In this document: in pieces, positions 33,771 to 43,813 of the stretch
Numbering within the stretch: position 1 is the first letter of the stretch
Layout: every line of letters begins with the position of its first letter
NCBI GenBank assembly: GCA_963837175.1
Contig: CAWIMJ010000012.1
Coordinates: 1-64,000, forward strand
DNA length: 64,000 bases
Direction of reading: 5' to 3'
Source of the DNA: an uncultured Nitrososphaeraceae archaeon
GTDB lineage: Archaea > Thermoproteota > Nitrososphaeria > Nitrososphaerales > Nitrososphaeraceae
Translations under genes and position numbers: made by a program
Notes under the pieces: generated by a model
Databases searched by the model: none
The model's input: the letters and a program-made list of their open reading frames with translations, nothing else
What the model was told of the DNA's origin: nothing

Positions 33771-34280
33771 TCAATAACCTTGTTTTTGTCTGACTATATC
33801 TTCAATCCTACTAATTATATTTGAATGATCAGCTTTGGCTTCTGTTGTTACATAAATGAGGTGGCAATCACTTAATGGCATGGTAATACGTTTAATCTTT
33901 TCATATTCTGCTAACACGTATTTTCCTTTTCCAATCTTTGGTGCAAGTTTGCTGCGTATTTTCCATGCATTTATGGCCAGTTTAAGTGATTCTTTACTTT
34001 CTTCTGGAGTAAGGATATTATCAACACCGTGGCGATGATCAGAGTACATTATTTTGCCGTTAATATCACTTATTGTAACTAAGCGAATGTTTGGGTCGAT
34101 ATTCATAATCTCTTCATAAATGTCCTTATAATCCCCCCATTTATGATGATGAAAAAGTTTTTTTTGATGATCCTGCTCTTTGCAGTTATCAGAACAATAG
34201 TAGTTTCCACAGCAATAACACTCTATAGCGTAATCTTGGGATTTTTTCCCACAGACAGTGCAGGTTGCGCTCATGTCCAT
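33771..34280 (-). CDS. MYND-like zinc finger fused to a roadblock/LC7-like domain
   Basis: CTVC..CYCC..YYCSDNC..DH, followed by IRLVTISDINGKI..GKGKYVLAEYEKIKRITMPL. Confidence 0.75.
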   Translation of the reverse strand: MDMSATCTVCGKKSQDYAIECYCCGNYYCSDNCKEQDHQKKLFHHHKWGDYKDIYEEIMNIDPNIRLVTISDINGKIMYSDHRHGVDNILTPEESKESLKLAINAWKIRSKLAPKIGKGKYVLAEYEKIKRITMPLSDCHLIYVTTEAKADHSNIISRIEDIVRQKQGY

Positions 34281-35053
34281 ATAATATAATATGGAAGAAG
34301 TAAAATAAAAGCTATTTTCTTTTTATATTTTCGCTTTATATCACCAATATTATAAGAAGCTTCTACTAAATGTTATAAAAACGATAGAAAACACGCAAAA
34401 CTATTGAAAATATCTTAATGGAAGTGAATATGAAGGGTATTTTCAATATCAAGTGAAAGATTATCGATCTTAGAATTATGTTTGAAGCAATAGATCGTAA
34501 AGATCTGGAAAATAAACAATGTCAACCTAATAACTGTGCTTATATAATCGTAATATAACCTTCTGAATCTACCTGCAGATATTATTGATCGTATATGATA
34601 TTACATGAAATAATGTCATCTAAAAATCAAGAAGTATTACATATTATTTGTGGGAGCCATTTTGTCGTGAACCTATACCAAATTATGGAAAAAAGATAGA
34701 TTGAACAAAAATAAATGGAAATATTATTTAGTCTGAGATTTATAATTTATAGGAAGGAACTAAAAAGTTGCCTTAATTTGGATTAAATTTTGACAAAGTA
34801 ACGTCCATTGATGAGAGAAGTGTATTAGCCAGATCTATTTAACTAACTATTTAACAAATAATTTTAATTATATATATGCTTGCTATTTTAGATAACTATG
34901 CAAATTAAAGTGCAGATTGTGGATGCTTACCAGAAAAATGTAAGCGAGCAAATGAACAAAAGAATATCCAAATTGCATTACAGATGAATGTTGCTATTTG
35001 AGTATATAGAAGAATAAACAAAATATATCTATTGTATTGTGTAAGTGGTGTAA

Positions 35054-36541
35054 ATGGGATATTTGATATTAGATAGCGACGCTGTTTTTGTTATAAGAAT
35101 AGTACTATTTGCAACTTTAATTCTGACTTTCATATTATCATTTGGATCTTACTATTTACTACAGGAGAATCAAAAAAATGCTAATACTGCATTTGGTATA
35201 ACTGATTATCCTGAGAGTGCACTTCCTTCTTCTAAAGGACCGATTATAAAAGACACTAATTTAAAGGCAGAAATAGTTTTCAAAGGATTAACATACCCTA
35301 CTGGCATGGCATTTTTAGATCAAGATGATATTTTAGTTATAGAAAAAGACACTGGCATTGTAAGAAGAATCGTAAATGGTGTAATGTTACAAGAGCCTTT
35401 GCTTGATGTCAATGTTGCAACTCAAGGACATAGAGGTATGTTAGGTATTGCCGTTAGTAACATATCATCATCATTGGATCATAAAATTAGTAATAGTAGA
35501 ACTCATTTATCTAATACCAATATCACCAAATATGTTTTCTTGTACTATACTGCTGCTTCAACAGCAGATGGCGAAGATATTGCTGAAGGGAAACAACCCC
35601 TAGGCAATGTTGTATACAGATACGAATTTGAAAATAATAAGTTGATAAATCCTAAACTGTTACTAGACCTTCCTGCGATACCGGGAGCTATTGGAAATGG
35701 TGGTAAGATTCGACTCGGCCCACATGATAAGAATTTGTATATTACTATTGGTGGAGTTGGTATTAATGGCCACCAGACTAAAGCCCAAAACATTCAGAAT
35801 GGTAAAGACCCAGATGGAACAAGTGGTATACTCGTTATTACTCAGGATGGAAACCAAGCAATAAAAAATGGCAGTGGTATTCTTGGCAATAAAGATCCTA
35901 TAAACAAATACTATGCATATGGAATGTGGAATAGTTTTGGAATAGATTTTGATCCTATGACAGGAAAGCTATGGGATACAGAAAATGGGGTAGTATTTGG
36001 TGATGAAATCAACCTTGTTGAGCCAGGATTTAACAGTGGATGGAATAAAATTGATGGTATATGGCAAAGAGGATATGCAATAGAAGATACAGAGAACCAT
36101 GCGGTCTCATCACTACAGGAAGCAAATAATTTATTAGTAGACTTTGGTGGAAAAGGAAAATACAGTTCGCCTGAATTTACATGGTTCAATGATGTTGGTC
36201 CTACCGCAATTAAATTCTTCAATTCTGATAAATTAGGTAAAGAATATGAAAGCGATATATTCGTAGGTGATATTATCAATGGGAATATATACCACTTTGA
36301 ACTAGATCAACAAAGAACTGGATTATCACTATCACCTAATGGTACTCTTGTAGATAAAGTTGTAAGCAGTTACGATAAAAATTTTGATGAAATAATATTT
36401 GGCAAAGGATTTGGCGGTATTACTGATATACAGATCGGACCTGATGACGGTTATCTATATATTCTTACATTTGACAAAACACAAGGCACGATATATAGAA
36501 TAGTTCCTACTACAACAATAACTACTGCAGGGACAAACTAA
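35054..36541 (+). CDS. Glucose/sorbosone (PQQ-dependent sugar) dehydrogenase family beta-propeller, membrane anchored
   Basis: PTGMAF, RGMLGIA, NSFGIDFDP.TGKLWDTENG..DEINLVEPGFNSGW and GFGGITD motifs. Confidence 0.88.
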   Translation: MGYLILDSDAVFVIRIVLFATLILTFILSFGSYYLLQENQKNANTAFGITDYPESALPSSKGPIIKDTNLKAEIVFKGLTYPTGMAFLDQDDILVIEKDTGIVRRIVNGVMLQEPLLDVNVATQGHRGMLGIAVSNISSSLDHKISNSRTHLSNTNITKYVFLYYTAASTADGEDIAEGKQPLGNVVYRYEFENNKLINPKLLLDLPAIPGAIGNGGKIRLGPHDKNLYITIGGVGINGHQTKAQNIQNGKDPDGTSGILVITQDGNQAIKNGSGILGNKDPINKYYAYGMWNSFGIDFDPMTGKLWDTENGVVFGDEINLVEPGFNSGWNKIDGIWQRGYAIEDTENHAVSSLQEANNLLVDFGGKGKYSSPEFTWFNDVGPTAIKFFNSDKLGKEYESDIFVGDIINGNIYHFELDQQRTGLSLSPNGTLVDKVVSSYDKNFDEIIFGKGFGGITDIQIGPDDGYLYILTFDKTQGTIYRIVPTTTITTAGTN

Positions 36542-36739
36542 CTCGATAAATTACAGGGACGTTTGTATACTTTAACCTCCTTTCTGGAATTTGAACCCGT
36601 TCATAGGTTGCACTCTAGAACTGATATTATTTATAAGCATATATAACTAATATCTTAGGACAAAAAAAGTCCCATATGTTTAGGGTAAAAATTGTTGTTG
36701 AGATTGGCATCTACTAAAACTAAAGATCTAAGTCAAGAT

Positions 36740-36982
36740 CTATTTTTCTGATTTTGGTTTATATCTCCTATTATTACTATCTTTTCTCCGCTCCTTGACA
36801 TTTCGTATATTTTTATCATAAGTATAATATTTATAGCCAAAAAAGGCAGCTAAACTAAAATTTGGTAAAGAGAACAACAAGAAAGCAAACGATGCTAAAA
36901 ACGCTGAAAGAACAATACCAAATCCCCCAACAGTCAGAGCTATTATTAAGATCAATCTAAGGTAGTTTTTTTGAATTGGCAA
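36740..36982 (-). CDS. Small two-TM membrane protein with basic tail
   Basis: Hydrophobic hairpin; TATA-like TTTATA upstream. Confidence 0.55.
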   Translation of the reverse strand: MPIQKNYLRLILIIALTVGGFGIVLSAFLASFAFLLFSLPNFSLAAFFGYKYYTYDKNIRNVKERRKDSNNRRYKPKSEK

Positions 36983-37861
36983 TTACTCAGAATAAAGTAA
37001 GAAAGACACACTACTATAAAGATATTTGTACATTTTGCATGTGCAATATTTTTTAGATATAATTTATCACTAGATTTATGTTTCCTTATCTAGAATTAAA
37101 AAACTAAAATTTTATATCAGAAAAGTGGAGAAACGTGTTTTATTTTTTATACACTGTCGCTCTTTTGCTTAGTGTTATCTGTGAGGATAATGATATAATG
37201 TCATCTTAAAAGTAGCTATTATCATATATATTTATGAAACATTTCAAAAGAAAGTTGCATGATACAACCATCAATTTTGTAATAAGAAAGTGACATTAAA
37301 TAATTTCTTTAATTATAGGATCAGCCCAAGATTGATGTTTTCCTAGCTACTATCTCTTTTTTAATTAATTCTCCTATGTCATAGAAGAAATGAGTCATGT
37401 CATAATACTTGAGAAGAATATCTACTGCAATAGTATATTTTAGATATGTCAACCACTGCTACACTGATATTACAATCTTACCATATTGTTGTATACGTAT
37501 TATACCTGCGTAAAAGATCTATATCTTTTCTCTCATAGTTCGGAAAAAAGTTAAATCCATAAGCAATAGTAATACTGTTTCTGTTATATAAAAAGAGATG
37601 ACGCAGCAATAACAGTAGTAGTATGCAACTGGACCATTCATTGAATGATTCTTCAATTAAAAATAATTGTAATCATAGCACCATTCTTAGTAATTATTAA
37701 TTTTTCGATATTGTCATACCAAATATGTTTCTATTAGAGATATTTTCTTTTGATGTTGTTGCTGCTGCTAAATTATTTTGATCGCTAAGCTACATCGCCA
37801 CTACAAAATAATAGAACATACCAAATGATAATATACATTAGCATTACTAGTGACTATAATT

Positions 37862-38037
37862 ATGGATTGATCTATTATCGTGTTGTATGTCCTGCATGTG
37901 AATCAGAATTCGTTAGTTATGAAAAGTATATTGATCATGTTTTCCAAAAACATGACAATCAACCTTCACTTCGAATGAAAGCTAAGATTATAAAAAAAGG
38001 AGACAATAATGATTGTTTGCAAACGGGAGAAACCTAA
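37862..38037 (+). CDS. Small C2H2 zinc-finger protein (start uncertain)
   Basis: CPACESEFVSYEKYIDHVFQKH. Confidence 0.65.
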
Positions 38038-38196
38038 GGTAGATTTACTCCTTTTACATAGATTCTATTGCCTTTTTAGAAGTAATTTCATTTTGGAAAC
38101 CTTTCAGATAGTGACGAAAATTGTAAAGTGTTGTTTTATTCGTCGGTGTCAAATTTTATTGTCGATAGGCTTTTTTAATTTTAATTTTAATCTGTA

Positions 38197-38601
38197 TCAC
38201 TCTGCTCCAAGTAATCCTAATAGATCAAATTCTTCTGATGGTTTAGACTTTATTTCTGCGATTGAAATCCAATAGCCATCTGGATCCTCAATTATTGCAT
38301 GTTTGCCAAAAGATTCATTCTTTGGTTCCTTGACGAACTTGACTTTCTTTTCTTGTAGTTGCTTAGCAGTGGACTCAAGGTCACTAACCATGAAACCCAC
38401 TAATATTCCCATACCACTTTTCATTTTATCCTTGGCCTTCTTTGCTGGATGCAAAGCTAATGTTGTGTCTCTGTTAAAGAATTCCACCCAATCAGGAGAC
38501 TTTGTTTTGATAGGCAAGCCAAGTATATCTTCATAATATTTTACAGAAGCGTCTAGATCGGATACCAAGAGAATTATTGTACCAACTTTTCTAAACAACA
38601 A
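38197..38601 (-). CDS. VOC/glyoxalase family protein
   Basis: VSDLDASVKYYEDILGL, FMVSDL and EDPDGYWISIAE motifs. Confidence 0.9.
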   Translation of the reverse strand: MLFRKVGTIILLVSDLDASVKYYEDILGLPIKTKSPDWVEFFNRDTTLALHPAKKAKDKMKSGMGILVGFMVSDLESTAKQLQEKKVKFVKEPKNESFGKHAIIEDPDGYWISIAEIKSKPSEEFDLLGLLGAE

Positions 38602-38730
38602 TCTACAATTACACTATGAGAATTCTCTATATATTAAGAATATGATCCCATTAGATTAAAAATACCACATTATAACAAAAAGAAATTTATGATCAATAAA
38701 AAAGTTATACTATTTAATATGTAAATTTAT

Positions 38731-38864
38731 CCCTATAGGTTTAGCGAGATCCACATATCCTTATGCAGAAATATGGTTCCCTCACCTACCCTACAAGGTT
38801 TTCTGTACACTACTAAGATTCTCAGTAAGTCTTACCCTACTTCGTTTCCGTTTCGCGTACAGAT
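38731..38864 (-). ncRNA. Putative structured non-coding RNA of unknown family
   Basis: Locally GC-rich island; two long stems with several G-U pairs on the minus strand; TTAATATAG TATA-like box about 22-30 nt upstream. Confidence 0.6.
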
Positions 38865-39631
38865 AGAATTAATATTCACTTAAGACTATATTAACATTGT
38901 AGATAATATTTCTATAACAATCGGTTCTGACAAAATTAATAAGATGATTAGTCATCATTCATTCAAATATATCGTTATTTATCACTAAGAACGCAATATC
39001 GAACGCAAACTGGAATTAAAGCTCAATAACTACCTAATAATTTGAGATAATGATCAATATTAATATACAGATGTATTCAAACAATAATCATAACTATAAT
39101 ATTATTCAAATCGTCATGAACAAGGCTACTAAACAAGTTGATTGGCGAGATTAAATTATATGAACTATTGGTTATGGTATTTATAATCACTATTACATTG
39201 ATGACACTTTCAAATTAAGCCAACCACCCAATACAATTAAGAGATATTCAATATTTAAAGAAATTATCGAGGGCTATCGTTAAGGGATAAATATACAGAC
39301 ATCCCTACTCTATGAATACAAAAATGTTGTATCTTTTATTTCTCCTCCTCAAAAAGAAAGCATAAAGATATCTGAAAAATCAGGCTCTGATGAAAATACT
39401 AAGGTTCAAGAATTATAGTGGACCAAAGATTCTGTAATAAGTTAGATTTACATCTTAATACAAATGTCACATAATGACTCAAGTTTGTAGAATAGTCCAG
39501 TTGTTGCATACAGTACTAATAATATCTAGATAAAATAATGATAGATTTACATTACACAATAAGAAAAGGTATAAAGAAGTAAAAAATACGAGGTATAGTA
39601 ATACATATGCATAGGAGGAAGAATTGTTCTG

Positions 39632-41137
39632 ATGGATAAGGTATTATCATCCAGCGATAATAATAAGTGCGCATTATGTGGCAAAATATTACCATTAACT
39701 AATCAGGACAAATTCGACACAAGTAAAGAAGAATTAATTATTGATGGAATTCTTTATCGTTTTGACGCAAAAGATTGCGCTAACATGTTTAAACGTTTTA
39801 GGAGTGTATATGGTAATAAATTTAGCGAACTTCTAGGTCTAGAACAGTATATTTCTGATCCTTTTTGGAATAAAGTAATTCCTAGTGAACAAGAGATTAG
39901 TGAAATTGAAAAAGAAGCAACTGCAAAATCAGAAGATACTATACTACAGATTATCCGAGATCCTATTGAAGTACAGAAACTTGGCTTTGAACTTATTAGA
40001 TCTGCCAATGAGGAAGTATTGATAATATTTTCAACTGCTAATGCATTCCACAGACAAGAACGTATTGGAGGGATTCAATTGTTAAGGGAGGTAATCCCAA
40101 CAAAAAGAGAACTGAATATTAGAATCCTGACTCCATCAGATGAGAGAATAAAAGAAACCTCTTCAGAATTACAACATCAACTAAAAAAAGTTGAAGTTAG
40201 ACATGTAGAAGAATCGCTACAAACAAAGGTCACAGTTTTAGTTGTGGATAGAAAATACTCATTGGCTTTAGAACTCAAAGATGATACGAAGGATTCTGTA
40301 CATGAGGCGATAGGACTTGCTACTTATTCTAATAGTAAATCAACTGTAATATCTTATGTATCAATATTTGAAAGTCTTTGGAAACAAGTAGAGCTAATTG
40401 AACAGGTAACTAAGCTTATTGAAAAATCAAAAGATGAAGAAAAGATGCATAAAGAATTTATCAATATAGCTGCTCACGAATTAAGATCTCCTATTCAACC
40501 TATAGTTGGATTAGCTGAAATCCTTAGATCTAGAAAAGAAATAGAAGTTGTAAAGCAGGAGGAATTACTATCAATTATTATCAGAAATGCAAAAAGGCTG
40601 AAGGAACTTACAGAGAATATTTTAGATGTTACGAGAATTGAAAATCAGTCGCTAAAGCTACATAAGGAGTTAGTCGATATAGATGATTTGGTGGCTAATG
40701 CATTAGAAGACATTAAAACTCAAACAGATTATAAACAGAATATAAAATTAATATATAATGATTCTAAAAAAGAATCTCCTCTATTTGTAGAAGCAGACAG
40801 AGGAAGATTAACTCAAGTTATTTCCAATTTACTTAGTAATGCAATTAAATTTACCAAAGAAGGTACGATAACAGTAATTACAGAAGAAAAAAGAAGCAAT
40901 AATATCGATTTATTAATAATTAGAGTTAAGGATAATGGCACTGGTATTAATGAAGATATTATGCCTATATTATTCGAAAAATTCGCAACAAGATCAGAAA
41001 AAGGTATGGGATTAGGTCTTTTTGTATCCAAAAACATAATTGAAGCCCATGGTGGCAGAATATGGGCTGAAAATAATGCTGATGGAGAAAAAGGAGCTAC
41101 ATTTACATTTAGTCTACCCTTATTATCAACCAAATAA
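39632..41137 (+). CDS. Soluble sensor histidine kinase with N-terminal TRASH/YHS-like Cys motif
   Basis: CALCG...FDAKDCA; H-box AAHELRSP; N-box NLLSNAIKFT; G1 DNGTGI; G2 GMGLGL. Confidence 0.93.
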   Translation: MDKVLSSSDNNKCALCGKILPLTNQDKFDTSKEELIIDGILYRFDAKDCANMFKRFRSVYGNKFSELLGLEQYISDPFWNKVIPSEQEISEIEKEATAKSEDTILQIIRDPIEVQKLGFELIRSANEEVLIIFSTANAFHRQERIGGIQLLREVIPTKRELNIRILTPSDERIKETSSELQHQLKKVEVRHVEESLQTKVTVLVVDRKYSLALELKDDTKDSVHEAIGLATYSNSKSTVISYVSIFESLWKQVELIEQVTKLIEKSKDEEKMHKEFINIAAHELRSPIQPIVGLAEILRSRKEIEVVKQEELLSIIIRNAKRLKELTENILDVTRIENQSLKLHKELVDIDDLVANALEDIKTQTDYKQNIKLIYNDSKKESPLFVEADRGRLTQVISNLLSNAIKFTKEGTITVITEEKRSNNIDLLIIRVKDNGTGINEDIMPILFEKFATRSEKGMGLGLFVSKNIIEAHGGRIWAENNADGEKGATFTFSLPLLSTK

Positions 41138-41539
41138 AGATAGTACCATTATTCCGGTAACTTGAAATTTTATCTTTGGATCTTACTAATAGATATGCAA
41201 TGCAGGATCAACAACATATATCTCTCGATGTTCATGCGCTGCAGAAACAACTCTCGTAGTTGGGTGTGTATACCAAAGTATATCCTAGGACAGTCGTATA
41301 CTACAAAGGATTCGAGCTGGTATACTAGTTCTTCTATAATATTCATTGCTGCTGCAGCTTATCGGTAGTATCATCAGGCAGCAAAACGAGTTTGTTGCTT
41401 ATGATCGCTGCAACTATAGTGCTAGATATTATGTTTTACAAGATCCCCAAAACTAACTGACAAATACATTACAGCTTGGAACAATTTTGGAATTGATGTT
41501 AGCAAGAGTAGTCTGAAAGTCGGTATTAAGAAAAAAGGA

Positions 41540-41645
41540 ATCTCTTCAAGATGCTGGTATTCAGTATCTTATAGTGGACTTGGCTCCGTCGAGAGAACTT
41601 GAAGCATTAGACATCTTTGCAAACGAGATCATAAGAAAATCTTGA
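41540..41645 (+). pseudogene. C-terminal relic resembling an LLM-class oxidoreductase
   Basis: SLQDAGIQYLIVDLAPSRELEALDIFANEIIRKS*. Confidence 0.5.
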
Positions 41646-41710
41646 TTTCATAAATTGGTATGCTTTACGCCTTTTGAAACTTTAAATTTCATTCCTTATA
41701 CGATCCAGAT

Positions 41711-41899
41711 ATGCATCTAATTCAAATCTCAACTTACCCCGGAATGACAAGAGAACAAAAAGATGCCTTTGCTAAGGCAATAACAAATGCAGCCATAGAG
41801 ATTTTGAAAGCTAAACGACAGCATGTGATTATAACATATGATAAAAGACCGAGTGAAAATTGGTATATTTCAGGAGAACAGTCGTGTGAGGAGATTTGA
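41711..41899 (+). CDS. 4-oxalocrotonate tautomerase family protein (Pro1 replaced by His)
   Basis: LIQI..YPG.TREQK..FAKAIT.A..EIL.A..QHV.I......ENW.ISG pattern. Confidence 0.8.
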   Translation: MHLIQISTYPGMTREQKDAFAKAITNAAIEILKAKRQHVIITYDKRPSENWYISGEQSCEEI

Positions 41900-41902
41900 A
41901 AA

Positions 41903-43342
41903 ATGACAACTGACACGAAACGATCGACAGAGATACAACGACTCTCCGCAGGAGACCTTAAACCACTTGCCTCTCTCATCGATTATCTCGACCTTGCGCA
42001 ACATTTCCCCGGTGACGCTGTGCTGAATGGCGCTGACCCAGTGATCCGTTCGCCGCACCACCTCAGCGAGGCTTCGGCGATGGCTCAGTTACTAATCGGC
42101 ATAGCTGGCGCAGCCATCTGGTATGCGCGAACAGATCAGCAGACTAACATCACAATTGACATAATTGATGCACTTCACTATATGCACCCTACTCATTTCA
42201 TTCAGCAGCAGGGTCGCCCCATGAATGTCGGGGCTGAATTTGTCGACGTGAACGACTTGTTTCTTTGTCGTGATAATCGTTATATCATGATTGAGGGGGG
42301 ACCACCATATGCGAAATTGCTGAAGGGATATTTGAATTTCTTTGATTGTGGTTACAACAAGAAATCCATTGCTCGCGAAGTCGCAAAGTGGGATTCAACT
42401 GATCTAGAAGCGGCTTTGGCAAAGGCGGGTCTTCCCGTATCCCCTACCTTAACCCGCGAGGAGTGGCTTGTACATCCGCAAGGCAATGCCCTAAGCGAGA
42501 CACCGGTTATTGAGATCGACAAGATAGCCAACGGCCCGCCCGTGCAATTCGACGATGGCGGAACCTCCCCGTTACAAGGCATTCGCGTTCTAGACTTCAC
42601 TCACGTTCTTGCTGGTCCTCGTAGTGCCCGTACGCTCGCAGAATATGGCGCGGATGTACTACATATCAGTTCGCCGGCCTATCCCGACACATTAGCACAG
42701 CATCTAGGCGTAGATGAGGGTAAAAGATGTGCTTATCTCGATCTGCGTGAAGTCACCGATCGGAAGACGATGCAGCGGCTCGTCACTCAGGCTGACGTCT
42801 TCACTAACAGTTATCGACCTGGGGTGAATACCCGCTTCGGGCTGATACCGGCTGAACTTGCTGCATCTAGCGAGCGAGGTATAATTTGTATGGATATCAA
42901 TGCATTTGGTCATTCTGGCCCCTGGGCTAAACGTCCTGGCTTTGACCAGGTTGCTCAAGCCGCTACTGGTTTTGCTACGAAGGAGGGAGAGCCCGATAAA
43001 CCCAGATTCTCGCCTGTTTTCTATGTGGGCGATCTCATGGCCGGCTATTTCGCGGCTGCTGGTATGATGGCAGCGTTGCTACGTCGATCGATTGAAGGTG
43101 GATCATACCACGTAAAGATCTCACTAGCGCGCAGCGAGATGTGGGTACAGGAGCTGGGCTTTCTTGACACTGCCGTACAGACATCTATACCGGCGAATGA
43201 TACCTATCCGGTTAAAATGACATCAATTGATTCGGTTTACGGGAAATTATCTTTTCCTGCCCCACCTCTTGTTTTCAGCAATCTGGTTCTACCAAATGAT
43301 GTGAGTCTTACGCCTTATGGGGCTGACGCGCCGGAATGGTAG
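41903..43342 (+). CDS. CaiB/BaiF (family III) CoA-transferase, long form, GC-rich
   Basis: PLQGIRVLDFTHVLAGP, AEYGADV, GKRCAYLDL, SYRPG and RPGFDQ motifs; GAGGAG ribosome-binding site upstream. Confidence 0.92.
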   Translation: MTTDTKRSTEIQRLSAGDLKPLASLIDYLDLAQHFPGDAVLNGADPVIRSPHHLSEASAMAQLLIGIAGAAIWYARTDQQTNITIDIIDALHYMHPTHFIQQQGRPMNVGAEFVDVNDLFLCRDNRYIMIEGGPPYAKLLKGYLNFFDCGYNKKSIAREVAKWDSTDLEAALAKAGLPVSPTLTREEWLVHPQGNALSETPVIEIDKIANGPPVQFDDGGTSPLQGIRVLDFTHVLAGPRSARTLAEYGADVLHISSPAYPDTLAQHLGVDEGKRCAYLDLREVTDRKTMQRLVTQADVFTNSYRPGVNTRFGLIPAELAASSERGIICMDINAFGHSGPWAKRPGFDQVAQAATGFATKEGEPDKPRFSPVFYVGDLMAGYFAAAGMMAALLRRSIEGGSYHVKISLARSEMWVQELGFLDTAVQTSIPANDTYPVKMTSIDSVYGKLSFPAPPLVFSNLVLPNDVSLTPYGADAPEW

Positions 43343-43344
43343 GA

Positions 43345-43462
43345 TTCGACGAAGAAGGCTTTGGCCCAATTGCAGTGATCACGACGTTGCAGGGACGACC
43401 ATGAGGCGATCGCGCAGGCAAACACAACGCAGTATGGAATCATAGCGACCGGCGTCTGGTCC
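43345..43462 (+). pseudogene. Aldehyde dehydrogenase C-terminal fragment
   Basis: FDEEGFGPIAVITT (EExFGP motif), then EAIAQANTTQYG..GVWS. Confidence 0.7.
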
Positions 43463-43464
43463 GA

Positions 43465-43813
43465 TATAATCCTGATCGGCATCTTCATTTTTGCATTCAC
43501 TATGCCAATAATCTTCCAAAAAACTTGGGCTCAGAATAATAGTACAATTGGTAATAACAATTTCGATGTGTATACGAATGCATCTAAACCATATGGTCTG
43601 ATCTACGGTGAATGGACTGCTAAATGGTGGCAATGGGTCTACTCGGTACCGAGAAGTGTTAATCCTTCTTATGATGATTCTGGGAGGTATTGTTCTGAAG
43701 GTCAAAATAGGCCTGTTTATTTTCTAACAAGTAGTTATAAGCATTCGGTAGATCGCAATCCTTTTTTGAGACATTGGGTCTTAATGATATCTTTCCAAGG
43801 TCACTCAATATAA
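43465..43813 (+). pseudogene. Truncated secreted protein of the PYG..YGEWTAKWWQW type
   Basis: KPYGLIYGEWTAKWWQWVYSVP..NPSYDDSGRYC..GQ..PVYFL, then the frame drifts. Confidence 0.65.

Noticed and set aside
38775-38830. TPP riboswitch (CUGAGA and AGGGAA present)
   Set aside because: Pairing pattern and CCUGAU junction do not fit; the downstream gene is not thiamine related and has its own TATA box
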